From: Candidatus Kuenenia stuttgartensis
Lineage (GTDB): Bacteria; Planctomycetota; Brocadiia; Brocadiales; Brocadiaceae
Assembly: GCF_900232105.1 (NCBI RefSeq)
Contig: NZ_LT934425.1
Coordinates: forward strand, 600,001-632,000
Direction: 5' to 3'
Length of the DNA stretch: 32,000 bases
In this document: piece by piece, positions 28,526 through 32,000 of the stretch
Layout: each line of letters starts with the position of its first letter
Position numbering within the stretch: position 1 is the stretch's first letter
Notes under the pieces: model-generated
What the model saw: the letters and a program-made list of their open reading frames with translations, nothing else
Databases searched by the model: none
Told to the model about the DNA's origin: nothing
Position numbers and translations under genes: made by a program

Positions 28526-29848
28526 TCATGTAAACAATGCCGACAATTTCGAAATGGATTCGTTAAAATTACCATTTGTGGTCATATCCTGTTTAAGATA
28601 CTCGTTTATAGCGTCTATGACTGATAGGGCATAATCAATTTTCTTGTTGCCCCCCTTTGCGTACGCCCCTATATTTATCATGTCTTCGGCTTCTTTATAC
28701 GTTGCATATACTGCCTTTAACATCTGCGCAGCCTTCCTGTGTTCCCCGGTAATGATGTCATCCATACACCGGCTGACGCTTTCCATGATATCAATGGCGG
28801 GATAGTGGTTTTGGGACGCCATTGCCCTTGACAACACCACATGTCCGTCAAGAATACCCCTTACGGCGTCAGCAATGGGTTCATTAATATCATCACCATC
28901 CACCAATACAGTATATAAACCAGTGATGCTGCCCTTCGTGCCCGTGCCGCTTCTCTCCAGAAGCTTTGGCAATAACGCGAACACTGAAGGTGTATATCCC
29001 TTTGAGGTCGGGGGTTCTCCTATTGCAAGCCCAATTTCCCTTTGTGCATTGGCAAATCTTGTAACGGAATCCATCATGAGTAATACCCGCATGCCACGAT
29101 CTCTGAAATATTCCGCAATACTGGAAGCGATATAGGCGCCCTTTACCCTTAATAAAGCCGGTTTGTCAGAAGTAACCGATACAATTACCGATTTTTTCAT
29201 GCCTTCTTCTCCGAGATTCTTTTCAACAAACTCCCGGACTTCTCTTCCGCGTTCACCAATAAGCGCAATAACATTAACCTCCGCTCCGGAATTCCTGGCA
29301 ATCATGCCCATTAATGTGCTTTTCCCTACGCCGCTCCCTGCAAAAATTCCCAATCTCTGTCCCTGCCCGAAGGTAAGCATGCCGTCTATTGCCCGTACAC
29401 CTGTCTCCAATACCTCCTTTATCCTGCTTCTGGTCAAAGGATCCGGGGGAGAATTATAAATGGAAACCCTTTCTTCCACGTTTAACGGCCCTTTTCCATC
29501 CATAGGCTCTCCCAGTCCTCCTAAGATTCTTCCCATTAGCCCCATTCCAACGCCCACCGTTAATGGCGAGCCTGAAGCGGTTACTCTGTTTCCCGGGCCT
29601 ATTCTCTCAAGTTCCCCTATGGGCATAAGGAGTATCCTTTTTTCTTTAAATCCTACCACCTCCGCCGGTATTGGAGTTTCTCCATTATTGGAATGTATGT
29701 AACATAGTTCTCCTACAGGAACAGAAGGCCCGTTTGATTCTATTACCAAACCTGCGATATGGGCCACCCTTCCGGTGCGTTGAACCAACACCGATTCCGA
29801 TACCCTTTTTTTGTGCAAAGCAAAATCAATGCATGGCGTGGCCATCAC
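28526..29848 (-). CDS. fliI: Flagellum-specific ATPase FliI
   Basis: 440 aa; Walker A GIFAGSGVGKSTLMG, ALIGERGREVREFVE, VLLMMDSVTRFANAQREIGLAIGEPPTSKGYTPSVF. Confidence 0.98.
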   Translation of the reverse strand: MMATPCIDFALHKKRVSESVLVQRTGRVAHIAGLVIESNGPSVPVGELCYIHSNNGETPIPAEVVGFKEKRILLMPIGELERIGPGNRVTASGSPLTVGVGMGLMGRILGGLGEPMDGKGPLNVEERVSIYNSPPDPLTRSRIKEVLETGVRAIDGMLTFGQGQRLGIFAGSGVGKSTLMGMIARNSGAEVNVIALIGERGREVREFVEKNLGEEGMKKSVIVSVTSDKPALLRVKGAYIASSIAEYFRDRGMRVLLMMDSVTRFANAQREIGLAIGEPPTSKGYTPSVFALLPKLLERSGTGTKGSITGLYTVLVDGDDINEPIADAVRGILDGHVVLSRAMASQNHYPAIDIMESVSRCMDDIITGEHRKAAQMLKAVYATYKEAEDMINIGAYAKGGNKKIDYALSVIDAINEYLKQDMTTNGNFNESISKLSALFT

Positions 29849-30546
29849 TCTTTTTCCCCTACAGATTTTTTAATTTCTTCCCACCGTGTTTCAAGCAAGC
29901 TTTCAACATCGCCAAAATCTGTTTCCACAACACAACCGCCGGCTGATATCATTTTATCCTCTATGATTTTAATGTTAAAATCCTTTATTCCTGCGTCTTC
30001 GGCCGTAAACCGTTTATAATCCTCCGGGGAAATACGCAAGGAAACGATCTTATTATTCCCAACATAAGAAAGAGCCTCTGCTACAACGTGTTTTACAATG
30101 CTGGCGCCATTTTCGTTAATTTCATAACCAACAACTTTATTCGCAACAGCCAATACGAAATGTATGATCTCCGATTCGGAGTCCTTCCAGATTATTTCTC
30201 TTTTCTCCGTTAATTGTTTCACCGCATCCTCAAGCAGTGTGATCAATGCTGCATATTTTCTTTTTGTTTTTTCTATCTCTGATTGAAACTCCTTTTCCGC
30301 AGAGAGTTTCCCCTCTTTGAAGGCTTCTTCTCTCACCAGTCTGATTTCTTGTTCTTTTAACGCCCTTAATTCATTTTCCTTTGCTAATTCAAGTTCTTTC
30401 AGTTTTTCTTCTTCTTTTATATTTATTAACTCTTCTTCTGTTTTAAGCGTGTTTATTTGCTTTTTATGAGAATGAGGTATTACAGTCTCTATAACTTTCA
30501 CTCCCTTTATAACAGGTAAGGAATAAACGCGCTTCCCGGTTTTCAT
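29845..30546 (-). CDS. fliH: Flagellar assembly protein FliH
   Basis: 233 aa, coiled coil then VANKVVGYEINENGASIVKHVVAEALSYVGNNKIVSLRISPEDY...ISAGGCVVETDFGDVESLLETRWEEI; 4-nt overlap with fliI and fliG. Confidence 0.9.
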   Translation of the reverse strand: MKTGKRVYSLPVIKGVKVIETVIPHSHKKQINTLKTEEELINIKEEEKLKELELAKENELRALKEQEIRLVREEAFKEGKLSAEKEFQSEIEKTKRKYAALITLLEDAVKQLTEKREIIWKDSESEIIHFVLAVANKVVGYEINENGASIVKHVVAEALSYVGNNKIVSLRISPEDYKRFTAEDAGIKDFNIKIIEDKMISAGGCVVETDFGDVESLLETRWEEIKKSVGEKE

Positions 30547-31571
30547 ACTAATTTATCGTCCTTGCCGGAAGACCCCCCCTTCTTTTGAACAACATTTTCG
30601 CCCTTTGCTTCCAACCGCTTTACCGCCTCTACAATTTGCAATTGTGCGCTCTGCACTTCGGACAACAATCTCGGCCCCAACAGCTCTCTTTCTTCCCTCA
30701 CCGTCTCGCCAATACGTTTAGACATGTTTTTGAAAAACTTTGTCTCAACCTCCGCATTCGCCGTTTTTAATGCAAGCGCAATAACATTTATATCCACCTC
30801 TGTAAGTATTTTTCTAAACGCTTCATCAAGAACATAAATCATATCATCAAAAGTAAACATCAACTTCTTTATTTCTTCAGCAAGCTCCGGATTTCTACGG
30901 CTTATTTGTTCAATCACATCCTTATCCACTCCGCCCTCCAGCCCACCAATAATCTCCGAGGCAAATTTATGCCTTTTCTTCGCAGGCGTCTTCCGTCTTC
31001 TTCCTTCCGTTTTTATCTTTGCCATAACTACCTCGTTTACCTTGGTAATTAAACTTATCGGAGGAAGTTCGAGCGTTGCGATCCTCATGATAATATCAGA
31101 TTGTGCTTCCAGGGGAAATCTGGACAACAGCCTGGAGGCGCGTTCCGGTTCCGTATATGATAGTATAAGTGCAATCGTTTGCGGGTGTTCTCCTATCAGC
31201 AACCGCATGTATTCATCGTCAGAAACATCCTTTAAATTGGAAAAAGGCGTGGGGAGCATCACCCCTTGCTCCACATTCGCTATGATATCATCGCTTTTGT
31301 CTGTCCCAATCGCTTTTTCAAGTATCTTTCTAAAAGCATTTTTATCATGCTCCACCAGGCCGCCGCAGAGTTTCATTTCTTGCCGGAGTTCATCCAAAAC
31401 GGCGTCCACGATCTCATTATCCACATTTTCCATGCGGGTAATTTCGGCGGATACCGCCACAATCTGATTCTCATCAAAGGTCTTAAGTATTTCCGAAGCG
31501 ACGTCTGGATCAAGTATAGACAAGGCAATTGCTGCCTTTTGTATGCCTGACAAGTTTAATTTCGTTTTCAT
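30543..31571 (-). CDS. fliG: Flagellar motor switch protein FliG
   Basis: 342 aa; GIQKAAIALSILDPDVASEILKTFDENQIVAVSAEI..., GEHPQTIALILSYTEPERASRLLSRFPLEAQSDIIMRIATLE, FTFDDMIYVLDEAFRKILTEVD. Confidence 0.95.
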   Translation of the reverse strand: MKTKLNLSGIQKAAIALSILDPDVASEILKTFDENQIVAVSAEITRMENVDNEIVDAVLDELRQEMKLCGGLVEHDKNAFRKILEKAIGTDKSDDIIANVEQGVMLPTPFSNLKDVSDDEYMRLLIGEHPQTIALILSYTEPERASRLLSRFPLEAQSDIIMRIATLELPPISLITKVNEVVMAKIKTEGRRRKTPAKKRHKFASEIIGGLEGGVDKDVIEQISRRNPELAEEIKKLMFTFDDMIYVLDEAFRKILTEVDINVIALALKTANAEVETKFFKNMSKRIGETVREERELLGPRLLSEVQSAQLQIVEAVKRLEAKGENVVQKKGGSSGKDDKLV

Positions 31572-31600
31572 ATCGGTATAATATCCTGTTCTTTACATTA

Positions 31601-32000
31601 TTACGATGAGATATATTCTCCTTCTATCCACCTCTTTAATGCTGTCGAGGTAAGATCGGTATCCTTCTGCATATGTCCGAGTATTAATTTCCGTTTTTTC
31701 TCTCTTTTCATTCCTTCCATTATTTCTTCAGGATTTTCCGACTCTTCCATCGCCAGCATTTCTTCTACTGCCGCTTCCAATTCCTCCTTTGTGTATTGGA
31801 TGCCTTGCCGCTCTTTGCTTATGCGTAATTCTTCAAACAGTTTATTCCTGCCGGCAGTATCGTCATGCTGCATTTTGGCAAATCCTTGCTTACCAGACTT
31901 TCCCTTAGCCGAAAAGTGTTCCATTTCAACCGTAGGTGCTGCCTTCTTTTTAATCTTCTTCATGCTTCGCAGCATAAACATCAGAAACATCAGCACTGTT
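31601..32000 (-). CDS. fliF: C-terminal part of FliF (MS-ring), truncated by the window edge
   Basis: MLMFLMFMLRSMKKIKKKA after a hydrophobic stretch, then acidic cytoplasmic tail and a C-terminus ILGHMQKDTDLTSTALKRWIEGEYISS comparable to the FliG-binding tail; immediately upstream of fliG. Confidence 0.7.
   Translation of the reverse strand, partial: TVLMFLMFMLRSMKKIKKKAAPTVEMEHFSAKGKSGKQGFAKMQHDDTAGRNKLFEELRISKERQGIQYTKEELEAAVEEMLAMEESENPEEIMEGMKREKKRKLILGHMQKDTDLTSTALKRWIEGEYISS

Noticed and set aside
1-32000. tRNA/rRNA genes
   Set aside because: No recognisable rRNA sequence or tRNA-like T-loop (GTTCGAATC) pattern was noticed by eye; tRNAscan-SE/Infernal would be needed to exclude them.

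Overview
The window looks like accessory-rich bacterial chromosome, plausibly an anammox/Planctomycetota-like genome (weak inference, no marker gene present). (1) 1-9.5 kb: surface polysaccharide locus on the minus strand: partial glycosyltransferase, O-antigen ligase-like protein, two GT2 glycosyltransferases, a Wzz/GumC-like co-polymerase with a degenerate P-loop kinase domain, and a Wza/SLBB export protein. It is interrupted by a one-gene transposable element whose protein fuses a DruA-like (DUF4338) domain to an IS4/Tn5-type DDE transposase with an intact YREK signature. (2) 10.7 kb: a 66-aa protein resembling a bacterial/archaeal-type histone fold, followed by a perfect 14-bp-stem hairpin. 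(3) 12.0-15.1 kb: tightly linked aldehyde dehydrogenase (SSADH/YneI-like) and ThDP enzyme (acetolactate synthase-like), an arrangement matching the 2-oxoglutarate decarboxylase/SSADH TCA bypass of cyanobacteria. (4) 15.1-32 kb: a large minus-strand flagellar cluster. fliF(partial)-fliG-fliH-fliI-fliJ-motE-like-fliL are intact, while fliM-fliN-fliO-fliP-fliQ-fliR-flhB-flhA-flhG-fliA are all broken by small indels and interspersed with several dispersed repeat families. flhF, fliK, flgD/flgE and motAB are not seen. The most interesting signals are the DruA-transposase fusion, the histone-like gene, the sharply bounded flagellar decay (or local sequence-error) block, and a modular intergenic repeat family whose copies sit at gene boundaries.
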